A DNA stretch of 64,000 nt from the human T2T-CHM13v2.0 reference genome, Homo sapiens. Location of the stretch: assembly GCF_009914755.1 (NCBI RefSeq), contig NC_060932.1; one strand, given 5' to 3'. Shown here piece after piece: positions 14,112 through 27,499 of the stretch (position 1 is the stretch's first letter; every line of letters starts with the position of its first letter). Below the pieces are notes generated by a model that was given only the letters and a program-made list of their open reading frames with translations, was not told the origin of the DNA and did no database searches. A program made the position numbers and the translations under genes.

Positions 14112-14468
14112 TGTCTTAGTCCATTTGTGCTGCTATAACAAAATATCTGAAACTAGGTAAATTGTAAAGGACAGAAATTTATTTCATACAGTTCTGGAGT
14201 CTGGGAAGCCCAAGATCAAGATGCCGGCATCTGCTGTCTGGTAAGGAAGGGCCTTCTTGCTCTGTCCTCCCATGGCAGAAAGTGGAAAGGCAAAAAGGGA
14301 CAATCTCTCTTTTTCAAGTCCTTTTTTTAAGGGCCTCTAATCCCATTCATGAAGGAGGAAGGAGGAACCCTCATGACCTAATTACCTCTTAAAGGCCCCA
14401 CCTCCCATTATATGGGCCATTCAGTTTCAACACCTGAATTTCAGAGGGTACCCATTCAAACCATAGCA
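14112..14468 (-). mobile_element. MST (C/D-like) MaLR solo LTR
   Basis: tgtcttagtccatttgtgctgctataacaaaata...cattcaaaccatagca. Confidence 0.85.
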
Positions 14469-15729
14469 TTTTTGAGTCTGATTCTTTATCTTCACAATGT
14501 AGAAATAACTCATTGGGATTCATGGAGACAGATTGTACAGTGCTGGACTCACTGCTGCTTCTCAAAAATCCAACAACCTCAGCGTGACTTTTGGGCCTCA
14601 ATGAGCTGGACACGGGTTCTGTTTTTCCAGTCTTAGGGAATGCGTAACTGGAAGGGCTTCACACTTGTGTTATATCCAAAATTGCCTTTGGGCCTTAGCA
14701 CATGAACTTTTTTTCTCTCCCTGGTTGGCCTTCCCTCCGTGGTTTGCCTGAGAAACTGCCCTTCCTTCAGGAGCTGGCTTCACCTCCCTCCTGCTCATTT
14801 CCCACGTCAGCCATACTCCTTGGTGTGGAGTTGCTCCTTCCCCTCAGTCACCAGGGCTCTGCAAATGAGGTTGTGCTTCTCCCTGGGGTCTCCCCCTCCA
14901 CGACTCTCAGAGGGCAGCAGTCCAGTCTTCTACATCCCTGTATTCCCACAGTGGGGACTATCCTGCCATGTAGAAGTTAATCAACAATTGCCAAGTCCAA
15001 CTGGATGGAAACAAAAGAACAGGTTTACACATTGTTTCTGCGACGTGCTTTACAGTATGGTTTTATTATGCCACTGAGGTGATATGAATTATAAAAGCAG
15101 CAGACACAGTTCCAAATTAAGTTCAAAATCACATTCTAAAATCAATACAAGTGTCCTTGGCATGTGGGAATTATTATCACTACTCTTCCTGTTACCAAGA
15201 TGAATAGATTTTATATTATATTAACATCATTCTCTGTGCAGTAAGACTGGACTTCAAAGGAAATGGACCAGCCTTGATACTGAAGCAGGTTTAATGTTGT
15301 CAGCTTTTGATTATCCTTGTCAGCACATTCATGTTTATCTGTTTTCCAGAATGACTTTCTCATGTCACCTAGAATATTTCTCAGTAGACTGATAACTGCT
15401 TAGTGGTGTGCCTTTAAAGAATATAAAGTAATTTTATCTTGTGTTACTTTACAAATGATGAAATAAGCTTCATAAGAAAAAAATACTCATGGGAGGAAAT
15501 CTAATGTCACCTGTAAATAACTGCTAGATGATCCTGGCCAGCATTTCTTGTCAATAATCCAGATGACAGATATTTGATTGTGTCTCCGTTGAGTGCATAT
15601 GTAATTAGAAGTTTTATTTGTTTTCCCTTTTTGTGTTTTTTTTTACTATTTCCTTTTTATTTTTTAAAAATCCAAGTCCCAGCTTATCCATAAAGTCCCT
15701 TTCCAGCCACTCTGACATAATGTGAATCT

Positions 15730-15835
15730 CTTCCAAATATTGATTGTGTCCCACCATGTGGCAGGCTCTGTGCTGGGTGCTAGGAATACTGTGCTGAACA
15801 GCTGGGAGCAAGGTTTCTCTCGGGAACCCATAGGC
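15730..15835 (-). mobile_element. L2 fragment
   Basis: aaatattgattgtgtcccaccatgtggcaggctctgtgctgggtgctagg. Confidence 0.6.
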
Positions 15836-18148
15836 TCTTTTCAGAAGCACCTTGAACTTTATCGGAGTGAAAGGTAAAGAAACATCAAATAGTTTTGCCA
15901 TACAAATGTACTCCTGGATAGTTTTCAGTTTGTTTGCAAGAACGCTCACACTCCTACATCTGCTCAGTATTCATTAGAGTAAGTTTTTGTTTTTAACTTC
16001 ATTAACTAATGGAGGATACAAGCAAAGGTCAGGACCAATGAGTTCCATGTGTCCTCAGGAAACCCTGAAGGACAGCATATGGGAACCAGTTTGATATTTG
16101 GCCTTGACACACTAAAGGAGAAAATCACATAAAGTGGGATGGATGGCCTTGGACACAATTAGTCCAGGACCGCAGTTATATTTCAATATTTCAGATAAGT
16201 TTGCAATGGTTTAGACCTTGAACAATTTTGACTCAATAACACTATGCACAACTTTCATAACAATTTCATTTCAAGAAGTGTCTAATGATTATCTGGATAA
16301 TTTTCGTAACTATAAATTACCAAATGACTGATGAAAGTATTAAAAAAATTTACTTTTAACAGTACAGGGATTAATGCTGTAATTTTTTTACAGATTTCAA
16401 ATGTAGCCAATAAATTAGAATCTTGTACTAAGAAAAATTACCACTTTCAATGCAGATATGGTAATGTTTTAAGGCTTGATGAACTATTCAAGTTCAGACC
16501 ATCATCAAGTGTGACAATAAAACACTTTCATACTTGAAATTGTCATTTCTTATTGTTCCATGTAAGTTAACGCACGGTTTGATACTCCTTTGTTTCTCAA
16601 TGTTATGGGAGACATGCATACTGGTATTCTGTGCCTGAAAATATGGCCTTGCTGGCACCTAGTTGCTGATCATCTAAAGACAAATCATACTGTGTGGCAA
16701 TGACAGGCGACAGCAAATGTTTCTGCCTTCCAGAACCAGAATATTCTCTGTCTCCTTGTGCCTTTGCTGTCATAACTGAAGCTGTCAACCAGTTCTTTCC
16801 TTAGGTAGATGCACATAAAAATTTCCCAAAATAGGCATGCCATTTATTCTGCTTTGTGCTCAGTCTTCCTCTGAGTTCAGCGCCTTAGTCCACAAAACCA
16901 CTCCCCATGTGACAGGGTCTCCACATTTACCACATTTATGCCTTATAGACTTCTCAGCCCACAGGCTTCACTCTGTACCCTGCTGTATTCACCAGCATGT
17001 ATTTGACATCTGAACCAAGGCTGGAATTTATCTTGCTCTATACAGTCTACTTTCTGGGACTGCCCATTGTAAACCGCTGGCATTTAAGTGTCCTGAATTT
17101 GCTGGCCTTGCACTATAAAACAATATAACCCTGGCTTAGCTCCAATTTTTGCATCTCTGTTTTCCTTGTTGTTCCCAATGTGATAATATTTTTCAATAAA
17201 ATTTGCTTTGAGCAAGTTTTGTATCAGTGATAGCAGTAACAGTTTGAATCTTAAGGAGATTTTGGAAATCTGTCTAAAATATGCCACTGACTTGACAGTG
17301 AAAATAAATGAAAGATACTTTAAATGCATGAAAGAAATTCTAGTTGTCTATCAGCTTCTCTCAATCTCAACTCTTTAAAAATCATCTTTCAGCACAATGT
17401 GGATAAATTTTAAGGTAGAAAACTTTAAGGATAAAGATTAATACTATTTCAAAGTATTTTTCTGGTTCTGCTTTCTGTTTGCATCTTTCAATACTTATTT
17501 CACATTTAAGCTTCTAGTTTTCCATTCTCTTTTTATTTTTTCACTGTGATGCCTTTCTTTCTTTTTTCCACATGAGTGTGTTACAGATTTTTCTAACCAC
17601 ATTAGTGCACAACTAACTTACTAAAATCTTCATGTTAAAAAGAAAAGAACAAGTTTCTTAGAAATGCAGGCCTTTCTGTAGAAGAGTGAGGATAAATTAA
17701 TGAGTGACTCAATTCTAATTTTCAGTGAATGGGATAATCAACACCTCTTATTAACTGGTCTAACAGTTCATGCAGACCCACACGAGATCAGATAGATCAT
17801 CATCACTACAAATCATTGTGTTCCTATGATCAAACTAAATAGTGCTTCCTAGGATCAAACTAAATTAGGCAACAAACTTCGCAGTGAATTACATGTACAA
17901 ATGGGAGTGACAATGAAACCCACCCCCATTTCCAAAATATTTTCTTGATGACTAGTAGTCATGTGGATTGCTCAGCATGTATTGATAATCCAGTTCTCTA
18001 TCAACATCTGGCAGATCATGTGTTTTAAAAATGTTTTTCTTTTTGGGTTTTCTTTTGTCTTGGGGAACTGTAGTTATAAGTCTTGCCATTGTGACCTCCT
18101 AGAAAGTGTGGGTGGGTTATCACTAATATCTTCTAACACATTTAAATA

Positions 18149-19698
18149 CAACCATGCATCACTTAAGGACAGGGATACATTCTGAGAAATGTGTCATTAG
18201 GGGATCTTGCTGTTGTGCCAATATCAGTGTATTTACCACATACTTGGGAGTTATAAACTATGACACACCTACACTACATGGGATAGCCTATTGGTCTTAG
18301 GCTACATGCCTCCACAGCACATTACTATATTAAAACTTGCAGGCAATTGTAACAGCACAGTATTTATATCTCCAAACATATCTAAACATGGAAAAGGTAC
18401 AGTAAAAGTATGGCATAAAAGATAAAAAATGGTACACCTATATAGAGCACTTATGATGAATGGAGCTTGCAGGACTATAATTTCAGTATAGAAGTTGCTG
18501 TGCACGAGTCAGTGAGTGAGTGGTAAGTGAATATGAAGGCCTAGGACATTACTATACACTACTGTAGACTTTTAAATGCTGGACACAGGCTACACAAATT
18601 TATTTTTAAAATTTCTTTAATAAAAACCTTATCTTACTGTAATTTTTCACTTAAACTTTTAATGATTTGCTGTTTTTTAACTCTTTTGTAATAGCTTTTA
18701 GCTTAAAACACAAACATTTACAACTGTACAAAAATATTTTCTTTCATATATCCTTGTTCTATAAGCTTTTTTCTATTTTATTTTTTGAATTTTAACTTTT
18801 TTGCTTTTTAAAATAGTTTGTTGGAAACTAATACCCAAAGACACATGCTAGCCTAGGCCTGCACAGGATCAGAATCATCAATATCACTGTCTTCCACCTC
18901 CTCTTGTCCCACTGGAAAGTCTTCAGGGGCATTAACAGCCATGGAACTCTCATCTCCCATGGTAATGATGCCTTCTTCTGAATACCTCTGGAAGGATGTG
19001 CCTGAAGCTCTTCTTGAGGAGGAGTCACATTTTTAGAAATATGTCCATGATGGTTTGCTTCTTTTTTTCATTATAGACTTGTTTATAAACAGGTAAAGCA
19101 TCATAAGCATTCCTCTGTATTAATGAAAACCTTTAGATGTTGGGATCTATGGTTTCAAACCTTTTGTTTGCTTGTTTGTTTAGAGATAGGATCTCTCTAG
19201 GCTGCCCAGACGGGACTCAAAGTCGCTGGGATTACAGGTGCATGCCACAACACCCAGCTCAAACATTCTAAGGAGCATCTTGAGGTCTGCAGAATCTTCT
19301 GCTAAACCCTTCATTGTGAATTTTTTTTGGGGGAGGTCACTGGGCAATAGAAATTTTTCAGTTCCTTTATAATCTTACGGGACCACTTAACATGAACCTA
19401 GGAGTTATAAGCTATTACACATCTAGGCTACATGAGATAGTCTATTGTTCTTAGGCTACACACCTGTACAGCACATTACTATACTAAAACTTGAAGGTAA
19501 TTGCAACACTATAGTAAGTATTTGTATCTCCAAACATATTTCAGCATAGAAAAATACAGTAAAAGTGTAGTAAAAATATGATACAAAAGATTAAAAATGG
19601 CACACCTATATAGAGCACTCATGCTGAGCAGAGTTTGCAGGACTAGAAGTGGCAATGGATGAGTCAGTGAGTGAACATCTCTATGTAGCACCTGTCTG
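18149..19698. mobile_element. Tigger3 (Golem) internally deleted DNA transposon with an internal duplication and an Alu-monomer insertion
   Basis: TA|caaccatgcatcacttaaggacagggatacattctgagaaatg left end. Right end is aatttttcagttcctttataatcttacgggaccac with a TIR-like tatgtagcacctgtctg. Confidence 0.85.
19166..19258 (-). mobile_element. FLAM/FAM-like Alu monomer (deleted) inserted in Tigger3
   Basis: gctgggattacaggtgcatgccacaacacccagc with a T-rich tail. Degenerate TSD tcaaacctttt/tcaaacattct. Confidence 0.7.
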
Positions 19699-21168
19699 TG
19701 ATACTTTCTTGTTTTCTTATTTACCCCCAAATGTGCTTCCTGCCCTATGTTTCCAGTGTCTTTCCAATTATATTTGTATAGAAAATCACCTCAGGACTAT
19801 GGATTTTGTAAGCCAGGGAAGGGCTTGCTACATTTTATTGTCCCCTCATTGAGTTCACTTCTCATTCTGACCAATGCTGGATGTCACAGTCTTGACTAAT
19901 TAGACCCTTGACTGAGAATGAAGATAACCAGTATATCTTCCAATGCGGTACCAAAGAAGGGGACAGTAGCAGTAAACATATACACAAAACAAAACAGTGA
20001 AATTATGTTCAATAAACTAACGCTGTAGCTTTGACCTGGAAAATGAATTTTTTGAGGAGTAAGTCTTCTAATGAGGGAAGGGAGAAGTATTGGACACTTC
20101 AAAGAATACTTCTTTAATATCTAAAGTTGATTTTCCTCTCATCCACTTGTAACATGCTTCATTATAAAGATAGTCTTTTTTTTTTTACTAAAAATATATA
20201 GGAATGATTTAGCACTCTAATTTTCTTCAGATGAGCAAACTAAATCCCTTTAAAATTATTCCACCAAGATCACATAGATATTAAGTAGTCACTGTAAGGC
20301 TAGAATTTAGTATTCTCTTTCCCTGGTTATTTTTACTATATGGAAGCTACTTATGTTTATTAGGATTTTAGGTTAGAGTCTTATGTATAGCAGGTGATAA
20401 TTTATATCAGGTGCTATGCTTTGTTATATATGGTGAGTTTTATGGGAAGTATACTTTACTCTGGGTGTTAAATAAGGCTTCACAAAGACACATAAGATTG
20501 ATATAAATTTAAAATGTGAAAGCAAAACATGAATGGGCCATATAACTATCACTGAAATCTACTGAAGATCTCATCTTCCTTAGTAAACACAGACAACTGA
20601 ATTGCCAATAGATGATTGCCCTGTGGGAAGAGAAAGGATGGAAAATGAAACTCATGGCCTCTTCCTTTCTTTAGCCCTATCAGGACATAGCAGAACTTAA
20701 AAAAAAGAAAGAAATTCTTATTTTGTTTGTTTTATATTTATTTTTAAGGCTAAATAATGGTCTTTTTTTCAACCCCAGTGGTAAAGCCTAGAGAAACTTC
20801 TAACCAGATTTAGCGACTAAATCATCGACACTTTAGTCAATCTTTTACCTAGTCACTCAACCAATATTTATGAAGAAACTATCAAGTGCCAAGCATTTTT
20901 CCAGGAGCGGAAAATAAACAAGTATGATCCCTGCCTTACCTGAATTTACATCCCCTCTCCATAACTCTTTTTTTGATAGTGCAAAGGTGGTGAATCTGGG
21001 AGGTAACAGTTGTGGCCTATGTGCAGGTAGTGGCAGTGGTGGCCGAAGGTGCAGAGCGGGGTTAGAGCCTGCAAGCTGATCTAGGGAACTGCTGGTCATT
21101 GCAATCAGGCTTTTTCCTTTACAATTGGACTTTGTCCCTGAAGCTTGTGTTGGGGAAAATCACTTCAG

Positions 21169-21195
21169 GGTGTGTGTATGTGTGTGTGTGTGTGT
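21169..21195. repeat. (TG)n microsatellite
   Basis: Direct reading. Confidence 0.9.
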
Positions 21196-21526
21196 AATAA
21201 CTTTTAGATCCTCAGTTGTGAAGTGACTAGTGAGGAAACAAGAAATTCACAGAATTGTAAGACATATTGGATTTTGATTATGCATAAATATTAAGCATGT
21301 GACATCTTTTTTTATTAGATTGAATACAAACACTTTTTTTTCTGTAAGAGGACTTGCAAGTTATATGGTATTATATGTTTAAGAAGATGCAGCCATTTTA
21401 AGAGTTTTTGTAGGTCTAAATAAACTCAACCGTCTCTGGATACAATTCCTTTGGTAAGAGAGATTTGGAGAATCTCTCATAGGCATTTGAATACTGGTCT
21501 ACCCAAGGATAGCCTTCTCTCTAAAG

Positions 21527-22088
21527 GTTCACAGGACTCAGAAAAACAGTTTACCTATTAGATTACTGGCTTAACATAAAAGGGTGCAACTCAGAAAAGC
21601 CAGATGGCAGAGATACACGCCTCAGGCATGGAGGAAGGGGTTTGGAGCTTCATGCCCTGCCCATATGCACCAATCCCTGAGGCCCTCCCTATGACACCAA
21701 CCTGGAAGCTCTCAGAATCCCTTTGATTAGGGATTTTTAGGGAAGTTCCATTACATAGACAATAGATCATATCATCGGCCATTGGTGATTAATTCAGTCT
21801 CCAGTCCCTCTTGCCTTCCTAGAGGTTGGGGAATTGGGGTTGAAAGTTCCAGTCCCTTAATCCATAGTTCCCCTGGCAAGCCACACCCGCTGCTTAGAGG
21901 TTTTCTGAAAGCCACTGCAATAACATAAACTCAGGTGTGGTTGAAAGGCACTTGTCATGAATGATGAAAGACACTCCTTTCACCTTTATCACTCTTATCA
22001 CTTAGCAAATTACAAGGGTTTTAGGCAGTCTACCCAGGAACCTGGGACTAAGACCAAATACGGATTTCTATGACATCGTAATTTCACA
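21527..22088 (-). mobile_element. MER21-family LTR, partial
   Basis: caacctggaagctctcagaatcc...ggccattggtgattaattcagtctccag...aaactcaggtgtggttgaaagg...caagggttttagg. Confidence 0.75.
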
Positions 22089-24040
22089 CACTTACTATCA
22101 TGGGCTCTTTTTCTTTCTTTTTCTTTCATGACGGTTTATGTATATTCTGGGAATAAATAGAGAAATGGGTGAGAACAACTTTAGTTTATGTGTTTTTCTT
22201 TAGGATTCTATATCGTATATCTTAAAATGCTTATATCATAGCATTTTCTCTGAGATATAACACCATTGCATTAATTACAGCACCTCTCATTATTATATTG
22301 GCTGTAAAAAGGGTTAATATGAATAATTCATTCATATTCAAGATCAATACCTCCATCTGCTTTCCTATAGGCCTTGAATTTTCATAAAAAATATTTAAAA
22401 ATACATTATATTCAATTATATTTTACTCAGCATTTTTAGGTCAGCAAACTATTTCTTGTTCTTTTTTATTGCAGTAATCATTTAAATCAGTTTTTGACTT
22501 CTTACAAATCACAAAAATTAATAGTAATTATGTGTTTTGGAAAAAGCTGAGTTTAAAATAATATAATTTTATTTTTTCAAACAGAAAAAATCATTTAAGG
22601 CTTTTTGCAAAACCATAACAAATGTTCTTTTTACTACTGCTACTATTACAAATGCTTCCACTATCCATTCTCATAATTTCTATTTATTAAGCAGTTATTT
22701 TGTCCTTGTGCTGAGTACCTTACATATACTACAAATCTACTTGATTTCTCAAATTTTAGAGTTCATGTGAGAGTCAATTAATTTCCATAAGTTTAATTGC
22801 TTCTATATGAGTAGTCAGAGAAAAATTCGAGTGGAAAAACAAGAGATCAAAAAGACATCTAAAACTAGATTTCTAGAAGTTGTATTCATTGATTTTTCTC
22901 TTCAATGTCTTTAATTTTTGATGGTGTCATTGTAGCTTGTGTACAAAGAGACATGGTGAGATAATTACTGAAATAGACCTCTAAGGCAAAAGCAAACCAA
23001 ATGCAGAGTGAAAACATGGTTAGATGAATTTACTTTTATGTTTGTCATTTATTAATATAGCTTTTAACTCCACGTAATATACAAATATGTTTATTTGCAT
23101 TTGAATATATATACATTGACTATATGTATTTATAAACTTTCCCTTTGAAATTTGCTAGTCAAATAATAAGAAAATTTCTGATATATCTGATCTAAAGTAT
23201 TTAGGAAAGAATTGTATAAAATCAAAGATTTTTTTTAAATCTTGCAGAAATAAATGTATAAATGTTTTTGTTTTAATTATATCTAGACTATGAGCTTAGG
23301 AGAATGGATACAGCAAATTGAAATTCAGTTCTTTGGCCAATTTCCTTTAAAATTTATTGTGTTCTTATTACAATAGACTGATTATTTTATGGTATCTTCT
23401 TAATTATAAGTGTTGATTAAGAACTCTTATAACCACAAATTACGAGTGGTAAAGACAATTGTTCTTGCTTATTCATTTTAAAATGCATAAAATATTTTAA
23501 AAGCTTATTAGTCTGTAATTGCTAACATAAATTATTTTGAAAGCTTTATTTTGCAAAATGTTGCAAAACTGCATCTAGATTGGATTCTGGGCAGCTGACA
23601 TAAAAGCAATTTTCTAACCATTTCCTACTTTTCTAAAATAACCAGTTGACTGTATTTTAAACACCCAAATTAATTGGCATGCCTATTATTTTCTAACAAA
23701 CAATTTATCACCTGAGTATTTGAGGAATATAGAACTTTTATCATGCTATATTGAAAATATCCAGTGAACAAGAGAATGAGAACTAGAGTCCATCCAAAGC
23801 ATGAAACATTGGGATCTGTGTAATAAAGTCAACGCACAACTATAACATTGCCAAGACATGCTTGTAGGACCTCTGCATGTTAGAGCCAGAAAGGAACATA
23901 GCTCAATGCTTGCAGATGACTAAATCAATCAGTATCAGGAACTACTACATGGTTGCGCCCAAGATCACAGAGTGAGTCAGCACAGAACTGCATCTTTACC
24001 CAATAGCCTTTTTACTATGCTGTGCAGTTACGTTTAAATT

Positions 24041-24262
24041 GGTATTTTTCAAAGTGTAGTCCTTGACTATCTTTATCAGAAATCATAACCATGTCCATGA
24101 CCATCTTAATCAGAAATTCATAACAAGCCCCTTTCAACCATAACCATGTTCATGAAAAATTCATAATCCTGAGTTTTTCCCTAAATTTACTGAATCAGAT
24201 TGAGGTTTGGGAATGTATAATAGGGATCTACATTGAAAATAAGCACTATGTAATTGATTCTT
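24041..24262. mobile_element. MER5-like hAT-Charlie fragment with internal micro-duplications
   Basis: ggtatttttcaaagtgtagtcc...tactgaatcaga...tgattctt. Confidence 0.5.
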
Positions 24263-24615
24263 CCGTACTGGTTTTTAAATAATAATATATGTCTATATGA
24301 TTTTATATATATATTATTTTGTAATAATATAGGCCTATATTATTTTATATATATTTTATATAATATATAATATACTTACTATTTGCATATATATGTGAAT
24401 ACATATATTTTATATATAATATAGTATTATTTAAGAACCAATATGGAAGATATAATACTATAATAAAATATATTATATATAATATATATACCATTATATA
24501 GTATAGGCCTATATTATATATATTATAGTATTTTATCTTCCATATTGGTTCTTAAATAATACTATATAATATAGTATAGGTCTATACTATATAATATATA
24601 ATATAGTATACTATA
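24260..24615. repeat. AT-rich low-complexity tract containing a 47-bp inverted repeat
   Basis: Arms 24419-24465 and 24521-24567 are reverse complements with 1 mismatch. Confidence 0.9.
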
Positions 24616-25362
24616 AGGACGCAAATAGTAAGGAGTAGTAAAATACAGATTTAAGGAATCATCTGTTTTGTCTGCATCATTGGTAAGACTAACACCATCA
24701 AAGAGATCTCAACAGCAATAGCATGGAGTCCTAGAACCCACCCCAGAGTTGATGATAATTGTTCTGATGTGAGCATAGGTGATTCTAAGAGAATATTTGG
24801 AAAACATTCATTTATATAATAGAGTGTTGTTTCCTTTACCAAGTAGATCAGCTTGGTATTTAAAATTCATAGTTCATTTCTTACATGTATTCTTTAAATG
24901 TTAGAAATTTGAAACTTTGATTTTAGTCTCTTGACCACCAAGAAGTCTACCAAAGTCTATGACATTTCCTAGTTCACAATATTAGAAAGAAAATAGTCAT
25001 ATAATTCATTAAATTCCCACAGTAAAATTAGCTAACACCAGATTAATTTTATTTAATTCTATGTTAGAATGCTGAATTGCAGCCACTAACAAAATATATA
25101 CATTAGATTTTAACCCTGCATATAAAATTTATTATTTTTTATTTTTTATGTTAGTGAGAGAAATATGTGTTTACTTACATAGTCTTTCAGAATATTACTA
25201 TTTTTGATAATGACTCAGTTGAAAATACAGCAAAATGTACTTACTTTAACAACTGATTATACTAATGTAGAATCATTTCCAATTCTTATTTGTTACATTT
25301 TGCTAAAGTATAAACTCATTCAATCATGAAACTGTATCAGGATATAATATCTAGTAATTACC

Positions 25363-25513
25363 TGTGATTGTTAATTTTTTGTGTCCACTTGAATGTGCCA
25401 CTGGGTGCTCAAATATACTTGGTCAACCATTGTATTGTATACACACACACACACACGCACACATGCACCCTACTGGTTTTGCTTCTCTGGAAACTCCTGA
25501 GCAACACTGCACT
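25363..25513 (+). mobile_element. MLT2 (ERVL) LTR, internally deleted, with (CA)n
   Basis: Start tgtgattgttaattttttgtgtccacttga and end ccctactggttttgcttctctggaaactcctga, followed by PBS-like gattttggtaccagga. Confidence 0.75.
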
Positions 25514-26807
25514 GATTTTGGTACCAGGAAGTGGACTGCTGCTATAACTAATACCTAAAAATGTGGACCTGGCTTGGCCTTGGCTTGGGAACTGGGCAAT
25601 AGGGTAGAGGTTGGCTGAGTTTTGAGGTACAGACTAGAAAAAGCCCGAATTTCTACGAAGGGACTATTGGTAGAAACGTGGACATTAAAGGCAATTCTGG
25701 TAAGGGATCGGGAGGAAAAGAGGAGAGCTGTAGAGAGGGCTTCACTCTTCTTAGAAAATAAATAATCATGAATAATCAAAATAGAATGTTTGTGGAAATA
25801 TAGACGTTAAATATTCTGAGAAGGTCTCAGATGGAAATGAGAACAGGCCACTGTAAGCTGGAGGAAAAATGGTTCTTGTTATATAGTGGCAAATATCTTG
25901 GTTGCATTTTGTTCCAATGTTTTGAGAAAAATAGCACTTATAAGTGATACACTTGGCTATTTACCAGATACAATTTTTAAGCAAAGTGTTGAAAGTATGG
26001 CTTGGGTCCTCCTTAAGGCAATACAATAGGAAAAATATGGATTAAAGAAGGATTTGTTAAGCAAAAAGACCCAGGACAAGGAGATTTAGAAATTTCTCAG
26101 CTTATCTATAATGCAAAAACTGGAGAAGTCTGTTCTGGAGACAACACTAAGAGTGCAACTGAATCACCCTTTGCTAAAGAGATAATGGGGGTGACCCATC
26201 AGCTTAATCAGCCATATCAGCAGAAGCCAGGAACAGCAAATGGATTACACCATCAAAGATCCGGCCCGTTTGAACTGAAGAGGATAGGGGGAGCAGGACA
26301 GATTAAGGAAAAGCTGTCAGACTTCTTGGATTCTATAGGACTGTCTGGTCCTATAGAATCCATAGAGCTGTTAACCAAATGGTTGGGGTTGTCCTACACC
26401 CTCCTTAACAGGATATGGAAACAAAGAGGTTCTTCTTCAGACTTCAGATTTAATGAAATTGCCCTTGCTAGGTTTTCTGCTTTCATGGGAATCATCACTT
26501 CCTTTTTTAATTTAGATTTTTCCATTTTGAAAAGAAAATATCTATCCTATGCCTCTCCCATTATTGTATTTTGGAGACACATAACTTGTCCGTTTCACAG
26601 GCTCAGTGCTGGAGGGGAATTTTGGCTCATGATGAATTGTACCTCAAGTCTCATTCATATCTTAGTTAGATGATTTTAGTATGAGACTTTGGCCTTTAAC
26701 CTTTAGAGTTAATGCTGGAATAAGTTAAGAATTTGGGGGCTACTGGAATGGGATGAATGTATTTTGCATGTGATAAGAACATGGATTTGGGGGAACCAAG
26801 GGAAGAA
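25514..26807 (+). mobile_element. MaLR (MLT1A-type) internal sequence
   Basis: ctgctgctataactaatacctaaaaatgtgga...ggaactgggcaatagggtagagg. Ends with gaatgtattttgcatgtga and a purine tract before the LTR. Confidence 0.8.

Positions 26808-27499
<692 letters not shown>

Noticed and set aside
26185-26673. 162-aa ORF
   Set aside because: Lies in decayed MaLR internal sequence and crosses the hairpin insertion; no support for coding function
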